From assembly GCA_031414535.1 (NCBI GenBank), contig JANNVQ010000010.1:1-64000 (forward strand): DNA of 64,000 nucleotides. The letters run 5' to 3'. The notes beneath the pieces are model-generated. The model was not told the DNA's origin. It was given only the letters and a program-made list of their open reading frames with translations, and ran no database searches. Source of the stretch: Gemmatimonas sp. (GTDB lineage: Bacteria > Gemmatimonadota > Gemmatimonadetes > Gemmatimonadales > Gemmatimonadaceae). Both the position numbers and the translations under genes were made by a program. Positions 28,889 through 39,522 of this stretch are shown here, piece by piece. The stretch's first letter is position 1. Every line of letters starts with the position of its first letter.

Positions 28889-30190
28889 CTAGTTGCCCAG
28901 CCCTAAGGAGAGCCGGTTGAGCGCGATGCGCCCGTTCGTGATGACCAGCAGCGGGTCGCGCAGCGATCCCGGCTCGCTCAGCGGGTCCCGCTCGAGGATG
29001 ATTAAGTCGGCCTCGTATCCTTCAGCAATCCGGCCAGTCGCGTTTCCTATCCCGAGCAGTTCTGCGGCGCCGCTTGTGGCCGTCGCCAGCGCGTCCCGCG
29101 GCGAGAGACCGAGCGCCGAGAAGCGCATGACTTCGTGGGCGATGCGCGTCGTGCTCTCGCGGGCGTAGTCGGTGTCCGCGCCAGCCGCGATGCGCACGCC
29201 CAAGGCCTGCGCGCGACGAATCACGTCCTCGATGCGCGGCTGCATGTGCTGGCCACGCAACTCGAGAACCGGATCGTTGTAGTCGCCGCCCGGCGTGGTG
29301 AGATCAACAATGGTCGAGAGTGTGGGCACCAGCCACACGTTGCGTTCCTTCATCAAACGGAGCGTCGAGTCAGAGAGATAGGTGCCGTGTTCGATGCTCT
29401 TCACGCCAGCGCGCACCGCGGCGTACGCACCTTCGTCACCGTGCGCGTGGGCCATCACGGGGATGTTGGACTTGGCCGCCTCTTCCACCACCACGCGAAG
29501 CTGTGCTTCGGTGTACGTCTGTTGACGCGGATCAGTATCGGGCAGACCCGCGCGCTCCGTGCCGCGTGTCTTAATCCAGTTCACGCCGTGCGCTGCATTC
29601 ACCTGCACGAGGAGTCGCAACTGCTCAGGCGTGCGCACGCCGCCAGCCAGCGGCGCGAGCCGCGCATCGGCGGTAATGGTCTCACCAAGCTCTGGCGAGA
29701 CAAACACACCGGTGGCCATCATGTCGGGCAGGATCATGAAGCCGGATTTCGCGATGTCGCGCAGCGCCACGTCTTGATAGTTGGGCACGCTCGCCGAGCG
29801 TACCGTGGTGACGCCTGACTGTAGTGCGCGCCGCGCATCAGCCACCGTGCGGATGTGCGTGTGCGCATCAATCATCCCCGGAGCCACCCAACGGTTGGCC
29901 GCGTCGAGCACGCGTGCCCCCGCCGGCACCGCGCCGTTCACCCGGATGCTCTCAATCTTCCCGCCGCGAATCACGATCGTCGCGTTGCGCAGGCGCGTGT
30001 CGGTCACGCCATCCACCACATTGGCTCGCGTGATGGCGATGAGTTCCTGCGGCAGCTGTGCCGCGAGGGGCGCCGCAATGGGGGCGGCAACGGGTGCCGC
30101 GACAGACGCCACAACAAGAGCGATCAGGGACGGCAGTTTCAACGAATGCCTCATGGTGTGCCTCATGATGTGTCTCAAGGTGTGCCTCAT
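28889..30190 (-). CDS. secreted amidohydrolase (Xaa-Pro dipeptidase-like)
   Basis: PGMIDAHTH, AHAHG, SIEHG, GADTD. Start ambiguous because of a 12-nt repeat. Confidence 0.88.
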   Translation of the reverse strand: MRHTLRHIMRHTMRHSLKLPSLIALVVASVAAPVAAPIAAPLAAQLPQELIAITRANVVDGVTDTRLRNATIVIRGGKIESIRVNGAVPAGARVLDAANRWVAPGMIDAHTHIRTVADARRALQSGVTTVRSASVPNYQDVALRDIAKSGFMILPDMMATGVFVSPELGETITADARLAPLAGGVRTPEQLRLLVQVNAAHGVNWIKTRGTERAGLPDTDPRQQTYTEAQLRVVVEEAAKSNIPVMAHAHGDEGAYAAVRAGVKSIEHGTYLSDSTLRLMKERNVWLVPTLSTIVDLTTPGGDYNDPVLELRGQHMQPRIEDVIRRAQALGVRIAAGADTDYARESTTRIAHEVMRFSALGLSPRDALATATSGAAELLGIGNATGRIAEGYEADLIILERDPLSEPGSLRDPLLVITNGRIALNRLSLGLGN

Positions 30191-30519
30191 CCAATTCGGG
30201 TTCCGTTCTCCACAGGCTGATCAATCCGCAGCAACACCACATCGGTGGGGTCCGGCATCCCCCCGAGCACCAAGACCTCGCTTTTGAAGCCCGCGATGCG
30301 CCGCTCGCCGAGGTTCACCGCCGCAATCACCTGCCGCCCAACCAGCGCGTCCGGCGTGTATCGCTTCGTCAGCTGCGCGCTGGAGCGTTTAATCCCTAGT
30401 TCCGGTCCGAAGTCGATGGTCAACTTTATGGACGGCTTCCGCGCCTCCGGAAACGGCTCGGCGGCGAGCACCGTCCCAACGCGCATATCGATGGCGAAGA
30501 ACTCTTCGGGGGTGGGCAC
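30187..30519 (-). CDS. csaA: tRNA-binding protein / chaperone CsaA
   Basis: DMRVG, FPEARKP, SSAQLT, SEVLVLG. Confidence 0.88.
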   Translation of the reverse strand: MPTPEEFFAIDMRVGTVLAAEPFPEARKPSIKLTIDFGPELGIKRSSAQLTKRYTPDALVGRQVIAAVNLGERRIAGFKSEVLVLGGMPDPTDVVLLRIDQPVENGTRIG

Positions 30520-30532
30520 GCGTTAAGGTACA

Positions 30533-30599
30533 TGACGGATGACGGATGACGGAAGAGAACTGCCGTTAGCTTTCAGCCTCCGTCATCCGTCATCCGTCC
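30533..30599. repeat. heptamer palindromic repeat doublet
   Basis: GACGGATGACGGATGACGGAAG...CTCCGTCATCCGTCATCCGTCC. Confidence 0.85.
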
Positions 30600-30607
30600 C
30601 CAACAAA

Positions 30608-30931
30608 ATGCCTCAGTACGAAAAGCACGTCTTCGTGTGCACCTCCGGCAAAACCTGCAAGGCCGCCGACTCCTCCCTCACCTTCGACGCGCTCAAGCAC
30701 GCTTGCCGCGAGGCGGGAATTGCCCAGCAGGTGCGCGTGAATCACTCCGGCTGCTTAGGCCAGTGCGGCCACGGGCCGATGGTGGTAGTGTATCCCGACA
30801 ACGTGTGGTACGAGGGCGTCACAGAAAAGCGGGCCAAGCGCATCTTTGAGGAGCACCTCGTCGGTGGCGAGACGGTGGAGAAGTACCGCTACGTAGCCCC
30901 GCCGGGCGACAACAAGAAGTCGGAGAGCTGA
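30608..30931 (+). CDS. thioredoxin-like [2Fe-2S] ferredoxin
   Basis: HVFVC...C, SGCLGQCGHGP, VVYPD. Confidence 0.88.
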   Translation: MPQYEKHVFVCTSGKTCKAADSSLTFDALKHACREAGIAQQVRVNHSGCLGQCGHGPMVVVYPDNVWYEGVTEKRAKRIFEEHLVGGETVEKYRYVAPPGDNKKSES

Positions 30932-30936
30932 GTCGC

Positions 30937-31290
30937 GTGCCGCAAGACATTCAGCATCCCCTCAAAGGGCTCATGGAGCCCTACACTCGCCACATCCTCG
31001 TCTGTACGGGTGGGTACTGCGCGAGCGATCGGGGTGGACGAGCCATCTACTCACAGTTGGCCCGCCTGCTTGAGCGCGAGGGCCTCTTGTTCGGTCCCAC
31101 ACGCGTGAAGCGTAGCGAGGCGCCTTGCCTCGGCGTGTGCACGGGCGGCCCCATCGTCGTGGTGTATCCCGAGGGTACCTGGTACGCCGATGTCACGCCG
31201 GAACTGCTTGAGCGCATCGTCGTCGAACACCTGAAAGGTGGTCAGGAAGTCACCCAGGCCGTCTTCCATCGCCTTGCGTCCGAGTCGTAA
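30937..31290 (+). CDS. thioredoxin-like [2Fe-2S] ferredoxin (second paralog)
   Basis: HILVCTGGYC, CLGVCTGGP, VVYPEG.WY. Confidence 0.88.
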   Translation: MPQDIQHPLKGLMEPYTRHILVCTGGYCASDRGGRAIYSQLARLLEREGLLFGPTRVKRSEAPCLGVCTGGPIVVVYPEGTWYADVTPELLERIVVEHLKGGQEVTQAVFHRLASES

Positions 31291-31299
31291 ATTCAAGGC

Positions 31300-31578
31300 A
31301 TGGCAATCGACAAGACGGGTGTCCTCTATGAGCGAAAGACCAGCCTCGGAGCGGTCGTGCGCATCCGGCTTGTGGCCTCAGCCACGGCTGGCTCTATCGC
31401 GGCCGTTGTCGAGGTGGACCGTCGCGCCGGTACGCCGCGTGAAGTCGAGGGTGGGATTCCGCCGGCCTTGATGGCCGTCGAGGGGAATACCGAGGACGCG
31501 GTGGTGGCCTCGCTGCTCCCCTTTGCCGAGGACGACGCGGCCATCGCACGACTCTTGGCCGCACGCGGCATTCGCTAA
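31300..31578 (+). CDS. hypothetical protein
   Basis: AAGG RBS, co-oriented, GC3-rich codons. Confidence 0.65.
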   Translation: MAIDKTGVLYERKTSLGAVVRIRLVASATAGSIAAVVEVDRRAGTPREVEGGIPPALMAVEGNTEDAVVASLLPFAEDDAAIARLLAARGIR

Positions 31579-31596
31579 ACGGCGCCGTAGTCCGCG

Positions 31597-32508
31597 CTAG
31601 AAGACATCCACCGGATACAGGATGTCCACCCCCGGTGCACCGACCGGGTTGACGTGCACTTCAATGAACCAACGAAATCGGCTGTATGCCGCTCCGGCAG
31701 GCGCTCCGTCGCTCGGCACCTTCACGGTCTTTTCAAAGCGATATACGCCGTCGTCTCCCGCCTCCTCGGCGAAGTACTCGCCGAGGATTTCTCGTCGTGA
31801 AGTCTCGAAATCCTGCCGGGCGTGGGTGTTCTTCCATAGCGCTTGGCAAATGATGCCAATGCTCACATTCTCGAGGTCGGCGCGCCGACGCATCGGGATG
31901 GCCAGTCGGCAGGTGACCTCTGAGCCACGCACCAAGGGCCAGCGGCTGACGGCAAGGCTTGGCTGCGCGATGAACCAACGCACAGAGGACACCGCGACGC
32001 TCATCGCGAGCAGGCCCACGCCCAAGAGCAGTCCACCCCAGCTATCCACGAGCGCAGCGGCCGAGAAGCCCCAGTGCCGTGCATCCAGCACGATTGCAAT
32101 CACCCAGCCGAGCCAGTACGCACCGGCGACGGTACGCCAAGCGCGAATGCGAGTCATATGCACTCCACTCTGGCGCAGCACATACCAGGTACCCGCGCGG
32201 CTGGGTGCACGAGGCTTGCGAGCATAGGCTGGCATCACCAAGCCTTCCAAGACGCCAACCACGAACAATGTGACTGGAAGCGGCAGCGCCCACCACCGCA
32301 GGAGTGTATGGTCGGGGGCAGTCTGGCGCACGCTGACGCCAACTAGTTTGGCAACCCTCTCACAGGCCGGACTATCGAATCCGCGCTGTCCCTGAGTCAC
32401 GGCGCGGTCAGCTGAGCAATCGTACGCGATTGGTGTGACGCCAATGAAGAAGACCACGCCAAAGAGCAGCATGGTGATGGCGGACAAACGAAGCGAGGCG
32501 GCGAACAT
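31597..32508 (-). CDS. hypothetical membrane protein
   Basis: About four hydrophobic segments plus a beta-rich C-terminal domain. Confidence 0.6.
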   Translation of the reverse strand: MFAASLRLSAITMLLFGVVFFIGVTPIAYDCSADRAVTQGQRGFDSPACERVAKLVGVSVRQTAPDHTLLRWWALPLPVTLFVVGVLEGLVMPAYARKPRAPSRAGTWYVLRQSGVHMTRIRAWRTVAGAYWLGWVIAIVLDARHWGFSAAALVDSWGGLLLGVGLLAMSVAVSSVRWFIAQPSLAVSRWPLVRGSEVTCRLAIPMRRRADLENVSIGIICQALWKNTHARQDFETSRREILGEYFAEEAGDDGVYRFEKTVKVPSDGAPAGAAYSRFRWFIEVHVNPVGAPGVDILYPVDVF

Positions 32509-32554
32509 CGCTAAACGATGCCGCCGCCTCGCCCGTCCTGCAATCGCCTGCTAC

Positions 32555-33385
32555 TTAGGCCATCGCTTGCAACTTCGCCACGCGCAGCTCCGTGGCCGGG
32601 TGCGTCGAAAACAAAGCCATCATGCCGCCGCCGAGCCCCGAGAGCGGATTCGAAATCGCCAACGCCGCCGCGGCAGGCGCCACATCCATCGGAATACGCT
32701 TGGCGTAGGACTCGAGCTTCTGCAGCGAGCTCGCCAACGCCAGGGGCTTGCCGCTGATCTCGGCGCCCACGGCATCGGCCTTGAACTCACGCTGCCGCGA
32801 GATGGCCGACTGAATCAGTGCGGCCGCCAACGGAGCCACGAGGAACATCACCAAGGCGCCCACCATGTTGGAGTTGCCCTCCTCGTCACGCCCACCGAAA
32901 AACAGCGCCATCTGGCCCAGCGAGGAAATCGCGCCGGCCATCGTCGCCGTGACGGTCTGCAGGAGCATGTCGCGGTTCTTGATATGCGCGAGCTCATGGG
33001 CAATCACGCCCTCGAGTTCGTCCTTGTTCACAAGTTTAAGCAAGCCTTCGGTGACGCAGACAACGGCGTTGTCTTCGTTGCGGCCCGTCGCAAACGCGTT
33101 GGGCTGATCGTGCGGCGCAATCGCCAGCGTCGGCATCGGAAGGCCCGCGCGCTGGCGCAGGCGATCCGTCATCTCGTAGAGCTCAGGTGCCTGCGCGGCC
33201 GTCACCACCTGCGCCTTGTACATCTTGAGCACCATCTTCGAGCTGTTCCAGTACATGAAGACATTCATGCCGCCGGCAAACAGTAGCGCCATCACCAATC
33301 CGCTCTGGCCCCCGACGACGCCACCGACCGCACCCAAAAGGGCGGTCATGACTGCCATCAATGCGAAGACCTTAACGTTGTTCAT
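32555..33385 (-). CDS. htpX: M48 zinc metalloprotease HtpX
   Basis: PNAFATG, HELAH, SRQREFKAD, FSTHP. Confidence 0.93.
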   Translation of the reverse strand: MNNVKVFALMAVMTALLGAVGGVVGGQSGLVMALLFAGGMNVFMYWNSSKMVLKMYKAQVVTAAQAPELYEMTDRLRQRAGLPMPTLAIAPHDQPNAFATGRNEDNAVVCVTEGLLKLVNKDELEGVIAHELAHIKNRDMLLQTVTATMAGAISSLGQMALFFGGRDEEGNSNMVGALVMFLVAPLAAALIQSAISRQREFKADAVGAEISGKPLALASSLQKLESYAKRIPMDVAPAAAALAISNPLSGLGGGMMALFSTHPATELRVAKLQAMA

Positions 33386-33551
33386 CTATTGCTCCACCAA
33401 GGGGTTACGGGCACCCTGCCAGGTCGGCAGAGAATCCCGGGACACATGCATAGTAATCACGCAACCACCGTGCCAGTTCACGCTTTCTGCCCCTTACGTG
33501 AACGGGGTCCAGTTTGTGGGAGCGTGGAGAGGGAACTAGGTTGCTCGGACG

Positions 33552-33872
33552 ATGGCAAACGAATCTGACGCGCGCCGAAAATTTCTCGACGCCGCATCCA
33601 AATACCTGCTCGAAGCGCCCAAGAAGGCGGTGCCGGAACCGGCCCCCTTCGTGCCGCCTCGTCTCACTTTCGCCGCCCTGAAGGAGATCAAAATGTCCCG
33701 TGCACGCGACCGCATTCTCGCCAACCTCGAAGAGATGTACACCGAGGCCTTCCGTCGGGCCAAGGAGAGCGGCGACGAAGCGCAGCAGGCATCACTCGAC
33801 TTCGCGTATCGTCGCGAGCAGCTCTACTTCGAGATCCTGCTCGACGTGCGGGATGCAGTAGAAAAGCGATAG
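33552..33872 (+). CDS. hypothetical protein
   Basis: Clean ORF with typical codon use. Start may be 33693 (MSRAR), behind AAGGAG. Confidence 0.65.
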   Translation: MANESDARRKFLDAASKYLLEAPKKAVPEPAPFVPPRLTFAALKEIKMSRARDRILANLEEMYTEAFRRAKESGDEAQQASLDFAYRREQLYFEILLDVRDAVEKR

Positions 33873-33926
33873 GACGGAAGACGGATGACGGATGCTGCAA
33901 AGTCATCCACCATCCGTCATCAGCCG
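33872..33926. repeat. heptamer palindromic repeat doublet (right arm degenerate)
   Basis: GGACGGAAGACGGATGACGGATGC...CATCCGTCATCAGCC, between convergent genes. Confidence 0.75.
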
Positions 33927-33927
33927 C

Positions 33928-35958
33928 CTATCCAATCCTCAGCGTGAGCCGCAGGGTTCGCCCCGCCTGCGGCAATCCGCACTTGTCGTAGATCGGCGCG
34001 TCGAAGGCGTTCTCGAGTTGCAACGCCGCCGATCGGCGACCAAACGCGCCCTGTCTGGTCCAGCGCCGCTCGAGGCCGAGGTCCAGTGCCTCGGCACCCG
34101 CTTGTGACTCAAGCGTGTTCGAGTCTGGGTTGTTGCATCGCGTACCGCCAACCGAACGCAGACGTGTCTGCGCCTCGAAGCCACGGGTAATGGGCACGAT
34201 GGCAACGAGCGAACCAAAAATTTCCGGCACGTCCTCGGGAATTCTCAGGGTCGGCTCGGCGATCGTCCGGTCCGCAATGCGCGCCCTCTGCAGCGTGAGG
34301 TCGGCCCGCAGCGATGCGCGGCCCAGCATCATGCCGGCCGTCAGTTCAACACCGGAACTCGTGAACTGATCGCGATTCACGCGTTGAAACTGGTTGCTCG
34401 GTGAGGTGATCCGCACCACGGCATCATCAATGCGCTGCTGGAAGAGCACAGCCTGCACGTCGAACGCCTCTCGGATTAGGCCAAGACCGAGCTCCGCGCT
34501 GTGCGCTGATTCCGGACGCAGGGCCGGGTTTGGTTCAAACCGATTGAGAGCGCCGGAATACAACTCGCGCAGAGCAGGGAAGCGCTGGCGCTCGCTGATG
34601 GATGCGTGCATGCGCAGCCCAAGCGTCGGTGCGATCAAGGTCGCGCCACCCCGCCACCCAATGCCGTCTTTGCGCCCGAGAGTCGGCCTACCACCCGCCT
34701 CCGTTGTTTCCGCGGCATCATGTGAGATGCCCGCGCTGAGCGTGACGAACTGCAGGGGCCGCAGATCGAGTTCCGTGGCGAGACTGGAGAGTCGCTGCCG
34801 GTACGTAGACGTCGGGGACGCGTTGACCGTCTCGAAGTAGCGCACCCCAGACTGTGTGTACGCGCCTCGCAGCACGAGCTGCTGACCCAGTTGCTGGTCG
34901 AAGGTCATGCGCAGCGTACTCGTGCGGTCTTGGCCGAGTTCCCTGCCAGACACGGTGGAATAGGTCGCATCCGCGAAGCTATTGATCTCAACCGATCCAT
35001 CGTTCACGCCGAGCGAGATCTCCGCGTCACCGATGCCAAGTCGGTTGTGCAGAGCGCCAGTACCTGCAGATATGCCCGCAATGTTTCGCCGCACTTCCGG
35101 GTTTCGCCAAAGGCGCGGGCTATTGATGTGCAGTTCGGGCGCCACACCACGCGCGCCGTCGGAGATGGTCGCAAAGCCAGAGAGATAGCGTCCCTCCTTC
35201 TGTTCGTACCGCAGCCCCGCGAAGGCATCGACCGCACGAGCGTCCGTGTTAAGTCGCAGTGCGTCGTTGCCGCTCGGCTCATTCACGCCATGGGGGCGGG
35301 CGAGGCCAGGCAGGTCCCGCCAACCGGCGCCTACGCGGAACTGCAGTGAGCTGGTCTCGGAGTGAGTCAGTGCTCCGCCCCAAGTGATTGACGAGCGCGC
35401 ACCACCGAATTGATCGGCCTGCAACTCTGCGCGTGCCACGCGCGGCGGCGCCTCGGCTGGATCATGATCGGCCCAGAGCGAGAGCGAGACCACTCCGCCG
35501 ATGGCATTTGGTCCGGAGAGCAGCGAAGACAATCCGCGCACGTAGTCGAGTCGCTGCACGCCGGCCATCGGCACGGTGGAGACATCCGCCCGCGCGTCCC
35601 ATGTCAGGGTGAGCGGAACGCCTTCGAAGAACACGGCCGCTTGGCGCGACTCGGAGCCTCGGACCGAAAGCTCCTGCTCCCCGCGCGAGTTCTGACGCAC
35701 GTAGAGGAAGGGCAGGCGCCGCAGCATCTCGCCCATCGTTGGCGCGGTGATGCCGAGCGGCATCGAATCCAGCGATACCGATACCGTCGAGGCCGAACCG
35801 ATGACCCGTGGCGTATAAGCGGCGCGCACGCGGAGCGCCTCCAAAGCCGACACACTGTCGCGCCGAGTGGCGGAGTCGGGTACCACCTGCGCCCGCAACA
35901 GCGCCGTACTCACGAAGAGCGCGGCGACTGCACGGCGGAAAAGGGGTGGCGTGTTCAC
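33928..35958 (-). CDS. TonB-dependent receptor
   Basis: Signal peptide, plug domain (SVRG, RGLSSLLSGPNAIGGVV), NPALRPE, LENAFD, GRTL C-terminal strand. Confidence 0.88.
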   Translation of the reverse strand: MNTPPLFRRAVAALFVSTALLRAQVVPDSATRRDSVSALEALRVRAAYTPRVIGSASTVSVSLDSMPLGITAPTMGEMLRRLPFLYVRQNSRGEQELSVRGSESRQAAVFFEGVPLTLTWDARADVSTVPMAGVQRLDYVRGLSSLLSGPNAIGGVVSLSLWADHDPAEAPPRVARAELQADQFGGARSSITWGGALTHSETSSLQFRVGAGWRDLPGLARPHGVNEPSGNDALRLNTDARAVDAFAGLRYEQKEGRYLSGFATISDGARGVAPELHINSPRLWRNPEVRRNIAGISAGTGALHNRLGIGDAEISLGVNDGSVEINSFADATYSTVSGRELGQDRTSTLRMTFDQQLGQQLVLRGAYTQSGVRYFETVNASPTSTYRQRLSSLATELDLRPLQFVTLSAGISHDAAETTEAGGRPTLGRKDGIGWRGGATLIAPTLGLRMHASISERQRFPALRELYSGALNRFEPNPALRPESAHSAELGLGLIREAFDVQAVLFQQRIDDAVVRITSPSNQFQRVNRDQFTSSGVELTAGMMLGRASLRADLTLQRARIADRTIAEPTLRIPEDVPEIFGSLVAIVPITRGFEAQTRLRSVGGTRCNNPDSNTLESQAGAEALDLGLERRWTRQGAFGRRSAALQLENAFDAPIYDKCGLPQAGRTLRLTLRIG

Positions 35959-36009
35959 AGAAAAATTACGTCGGGTTCAGGTGCATCGTTGGAGAGGTTT
36001 GCGCGTTGC

Positions 36010-36053
36010 AAAAACGACGAAGGGGCGCGCCAAGCCAACAGGCGCGCCCCTTC
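36010..36053 (-). terminator. rho-independent terminator after E1 gene
   Basis: GAAGGGGCGCGCC/GGCGCGCCCCTTC stem, followed by TTTTT on the minus strand. Confidence 0.7.
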
Positions 36054-36077
36054 CATCATCGGTCTTCTGTCCAAAAC

Positions 36078-38186
36078 TCAGAACGCGACAATCTCCTCGT
36101 ACGCCTTCACAAAGTCCGCGATCTGCGGCAGAATCGCGTCCTCAAGGCTCGGTGCGTACCCAACAAATGTGTCCGTCGAAGCCACGCGCTTCACTGGGGC
36201 ATCCAACCACGCAAAGCAATCGTCGGCAATGCGCGCCGCAATCTCTGCACCCACGCCCCACGAGATCGAATCCTCGTACGCCACAATCACGCGCGAGGTC
36301 TTCTTCACCGAGGCGTACACCGTCTCCTTGTCCCACGGCGACAGCGTGCGCAGATCAATGACTTCGACGCTCAGGCCCTTCTCGTCCTCGACCTGCTTTG
36401 CCGCCACCAAGGCGCGCTGCACCGTGGCACCATAGGTCACCAAGGTCACGTCTGTGCCTTCCTTCACAATCCTCGCCTTCCCGAAGGGAATCATGAAGTT
36501 GGGGCCCGGATACGCGGCCTTGTTGTAGGTCTGGCGATACAGATGCTTGTGCTCGAGAAAGATCACCGGATCCTCTGAGCGGATGGCCGTGCGGAGCAAT
36601 CCGTTGGCATCGAGCGCGTTGCTCGGGCACACCACACGCAGGCCCGGGCAGTGCGTGAACAAGGACGCACCCGTCTGCGAGTGGTAAACGGCACCGCGGA
36701 TGTAACCGCCGTACGTCGTCCGCACCACCATCGGCGCCGAGAACATGTTGTTGGAGCGCCAACGCATCGTCGCGAGCTCGTCGCGCAGCTGCATGTAGGC
36801 GGTCCAGATGTAGTCAAAGAACTGGATTTCGACCACCGGCTTGAAGCCGCGTAGGGCCATGCCAATCGCGCGGCCGATGATGTTGGCTTCGGCCAGCGGC
36901 GTGTTGAACACGCGCGTGCTGCCGAATTCCTTCTGCAGTCCCCACGTGACCTTAAAGACGCCGCCCTTGCCCTTCACCTTGCCGAGGTATTCCTCGCGCG
37001 AGACGTCGGCCACGTCCTCACCGAACATCACGATCTTCGGGTCACGCCGCATCTCGTCCTTCATGCAGACGTTGAGCAGATCCACCATCGTGGTCGGCTC
37101 GCCGGAGGACTGCGGATCATCTTCGGTGTCAAACTGCTCGCTGGTCGGGTCCACGTCCGGCGAAAACACGGCGAAATGAATCGTGCTCGCGTCGGGCTGC
37201 GGTTGCACGAGCGCGTCGTCGGTCGCGGCCAACACTTCCGCGTCCACCGACTCCTGAATCGCTTTGATGTCGGCTTCCGTGCAATAGCCCTCGTCCACCA
37301 ACCACTTGGGATAGTTCGTGATGGGATCGCGCGCCGCGTCCGCGTTACGCTCGGCGTCAGGGCGATACATCACCTCGTCGTCAGAGAGCGAGTGCGAGTA
37401 CGGGCGAATGACTTTGGCATGCACCAGGGCCGGACCCTTCCGCTTGCGCGCGTAGTCCACGGCTTTCTGCATCGCGTCGTAGGAGGCCAGGAGGTCGCAG
37501 CCGTCCACTTCTTGGATGTAGAGGTCGGGGAAGGCGGATACGAGCTTGGAGATGCTGCCGCCGGCCGTGCTCACTTCCACGGGCACGGAGATGGCATAGC
37601 CGTTGTCTTCCACAAGGTAGACCACCGGCAGCTTGAGATTGGACGCCGTGTTGAGCGACTCCCAGAACTCGCCCTGAGACGTGGTGCCGTCACCCGTGGA
37701 GACGAACACGACTTCGTCGTTCTCAAAACCTTCACTGATGCCGAGGGCCTTGGCGCGCACCGACGCTTCGGCCGATCCCACGGCCTGCAGGAATTGCGTG
37801 CCGGTGGGCGAGGACGTCGAGACGATGTTGAGCTTTTTATGTCCCCAGTGGGACGGCATCTGGCGGCCGCCTGAGTTGGGATCGATCGCTGCGCCAACCG
37901 CCGAGTAGAGCATCTCGGCGGCCGTCATGCCCAACTGCAGGCAGAGGGCGCGATCGCGGTAGTACATGTAGAACCAGTCGTAGCTGGGCTTAAAAACCAT
38001 ACCAGCGGCCGTCAGCACGGCCTCGTGGCCGGCGCCCGAGATCTGGAAAAAGATCTTATTCTGCCGCTTGAGCTGGATTTCCTTGTCGTCCAGGCGGCGC
38101 GACAAAAACATCGTGCGGTACGCGGCGACGAGTTGGTCCTTCGTGAGGCCGTGGGTGGACTGACGGGCCTTGGCGGAGGTGGCCAT
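36078..38186 (-). CDS. 2-oxoacid dehydrogenase E1 alpha/beta fusion (branched-chain type)
   Basis: GDG TPP motif, [23 protein letters not shown]. Confidence 0.92.
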   Translation of the reverse strand: MATSAKARQSTHGLTKDQLVAAYRTMFLSRRLDDKEIQLKRQNKIFFQISGAGHEAVLTAAGMVFKPSYDWFYMYYRDRALCLQLGMTAAEMLYSAVGAAIDPNSGGRQMPSHWGHKKLNIVSTSSPTGTQFLQAVGSAEASVRAKALGISEGFENDEVVFVSTGDGTTSQGEFWESLNTASNLKLPVVYLVEDNGYAISVPVEVSTAGGSISKLVSAFPDLYIQEVDGCDLLASYDAMQKAVDYARKRKGPALVHAKVIRPYSHSLSDDEVMYRPDAERNADAARDPITNYPKWLVDEGYCTEADIKAIQESVDAEVLAATDDALVQPQPDASTIHFAVFSPDVDPTSEQFDTEDDPQSSGEPTTMVDLLNVCMKDEMRRDPKIVMFGEDVADVSREEYLGKVKGKGGVFKVTWGLQKEFGSTRVFNTPLAEANIIGRAIGMALRGFKPVVEIQFFDYIWTAYMQLRDELATMRWRSNNMFSAPMVVRTTYGGYIRGAVYHSQTGASLFTHCPGLRVVCPSNALDANGLLRTAIRSEDPVIFLEHKHLYRQTYNKAAYPGPNFMIPFGKARIVKEGTDVTLVTYGATVQRALVAAKQVEDEKGLSVEVIDLRTLSPWDKETVYASVKKTSRVIVAYEDSISWGVGAEIAARIADDCFAWLDAPVKRVASTDTFVGYAPSLEDAILPQIADFVKAYEEIVAF

Positions 38187-38248
38187 GTTGGGGCTGGGTT
38201 AAGGGGAGCTTTCTGCTCGGGTGAATTTAGCACGATTGAGGGGCTTTT

Positions 38249-38271
38249 GGACGGAAGACGGATGACGGAAG
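38249..38271 (+). repeat. solo heptamer repeat arm
   Basis: GGACGGAAGACGGATGACGGAAG. Confidence 0.8.
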
Positions 38272-38342
38272 AAACAGCACGCGAGGGCACGGCTAGCGCC
38301 GCGCCCTCGACCCTAGCGCCAGAGCTGGGGTAGTATTCCCCC

Positions 38343-39239
38343 ATGATGATTAGTCACTCGTCCAGCTTCGCTCGTCTTGCCGTGCGTGCACTCGCCTCGG
38401 CGCTCGTTGCCGCGCTTTCAGTCGCTACGCCGCTCGCGGCGCAGAACGCGCCGCAGGCCGCGCCGAGCCCCACCCGCAGCGGTCCGATTACCGAAGTGTT
38501 GGTGCTCGATCGCCGCTCGCAGCCCATTCCTTTCGCGCTCGTGAGCGTCGGGAACTCACCGCCTCGCGTGGCCGACGCATTGGGCGTGGCGCAGTTGCCG
38601 GTTCCGTTGGACGCCGACTCGGCGGACATCGTGGTGCGCCGCATCGGCTACCACCCATTTGGCCAATTCGCCAAGCTGAGCGAAGACGGCAAGCAGTACG
38701 TGGCCTACCTCAATGATCTGCCACGAGCCCTCAACCCGACGACCGTCACGGCGCGACGCGACACGCCGCTGGCTCGCCGCGGCTTCTACGATCGCATGGA
38801 ACGCGTGGCCCGCGGAGCCACTGTCGCCCGCTTCATCACGCCTGAGGAACTGGAGATCCGAAATCCGATCACTGTGTCGGCCATGCTCGCGGGTGAGCCC
38901 TACATCCGCATCCAGCGTAGCGGTGCCAAGTCCATTCTCACGGGCCGGCAGCCTGGCTGCCCGGTAGCGGTGATCCTCGACGGACAGCGTATGACGGGCA
39001 TGGTGGAGGAGCTGTACACGATTGATGGGCAGGACGAGGTGCGTCGCCTCGGTGGCGGGACCGCGGGTACCCAGCGCTTTCTGGCAAGCCGGACGAGCGT
39101 GGATGAACTCATCGGCGCGTTGTCCGTATCGGCAATGGAGATCTACGCCTCGGCGGCCGGTGCACCCTCTGACATGCAACGCACGGCAGGCAGCAGCGCC
39201 TGCGCCATTTTGGTGATTTGGAGCGGCGGCCGGCAGTAA
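38343..39239 (+). CDS. secreted protein, carboxypeptidase-regulatory-like plus TonB plug-like domains
   Basis: Signal peptide; VRRIGY, GFYDR, CPVAVILDG, MEIY, CAILVIW. Confidence 0.7.
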   Translation: MMISHSSSFARLAVRALASALVAALSVATPLAAQNAPQAAPSPTRSGPITEVLVLDRRSQPIPFALVSVGNSPPRVADALGVAQLPVPLDADSADIVVRRIGYHPFGQFAKLSEDGKQYVAYLNDLPRALNPTTVTARRDTPLARRGFYDRMERVARGATVARFITPEELEIRNPITVSAMLAGEPYIRIQRSGAKSILTGRQPGCPVAVILDGQRMTGMVEELYTIDGQDEVRRLGGGTAGTQRFLASRTSVDELIGALSVSAMEIYASAAGAPSDMQRTAGSSACAILVIWSGGRQ

Positions 39240-39328
39240 GAGTTTTGTGTCACAAATCTGCGACTTTCACGATTTCCCTTGCGCGGAATCACGTGACCCC
39301 ACAATCGTAGTATCGTCTCACTCACACA

Positions 39329-39510
39329 GGACCGTGGTTCGGATTCACTAACCACACGGTCCGCGACGGGAGGCCTGTGACCGTAACGTACGGACAGCCG
39401 TTCCAGCCGCAGTGGCCACGGTCGCTCACCGCGACCGTGAGCTGGAGTCTCCCCCATTCTGAACGCACCCCGCCCGGGCCCGATGGCCTGGCGCGGGGTG
39501 TCGTCATTTC
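39329..39510 (+). ncRNA. candidate structured RNA leader upstream of HNH gene (family unknown)
   Basis: Successive stems: GGACCGT/ACGGTCC, GGGAGGC/GTCTCCC, CCGTA/TACGG, TCCAGC/GCTGGA, CACGGTCGC/GCGACCGTG, CACCCCGC/GCGGGGTG. Confidence 0.5.
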
Positions 39511-39522
39511 CGGCGAGGTACG

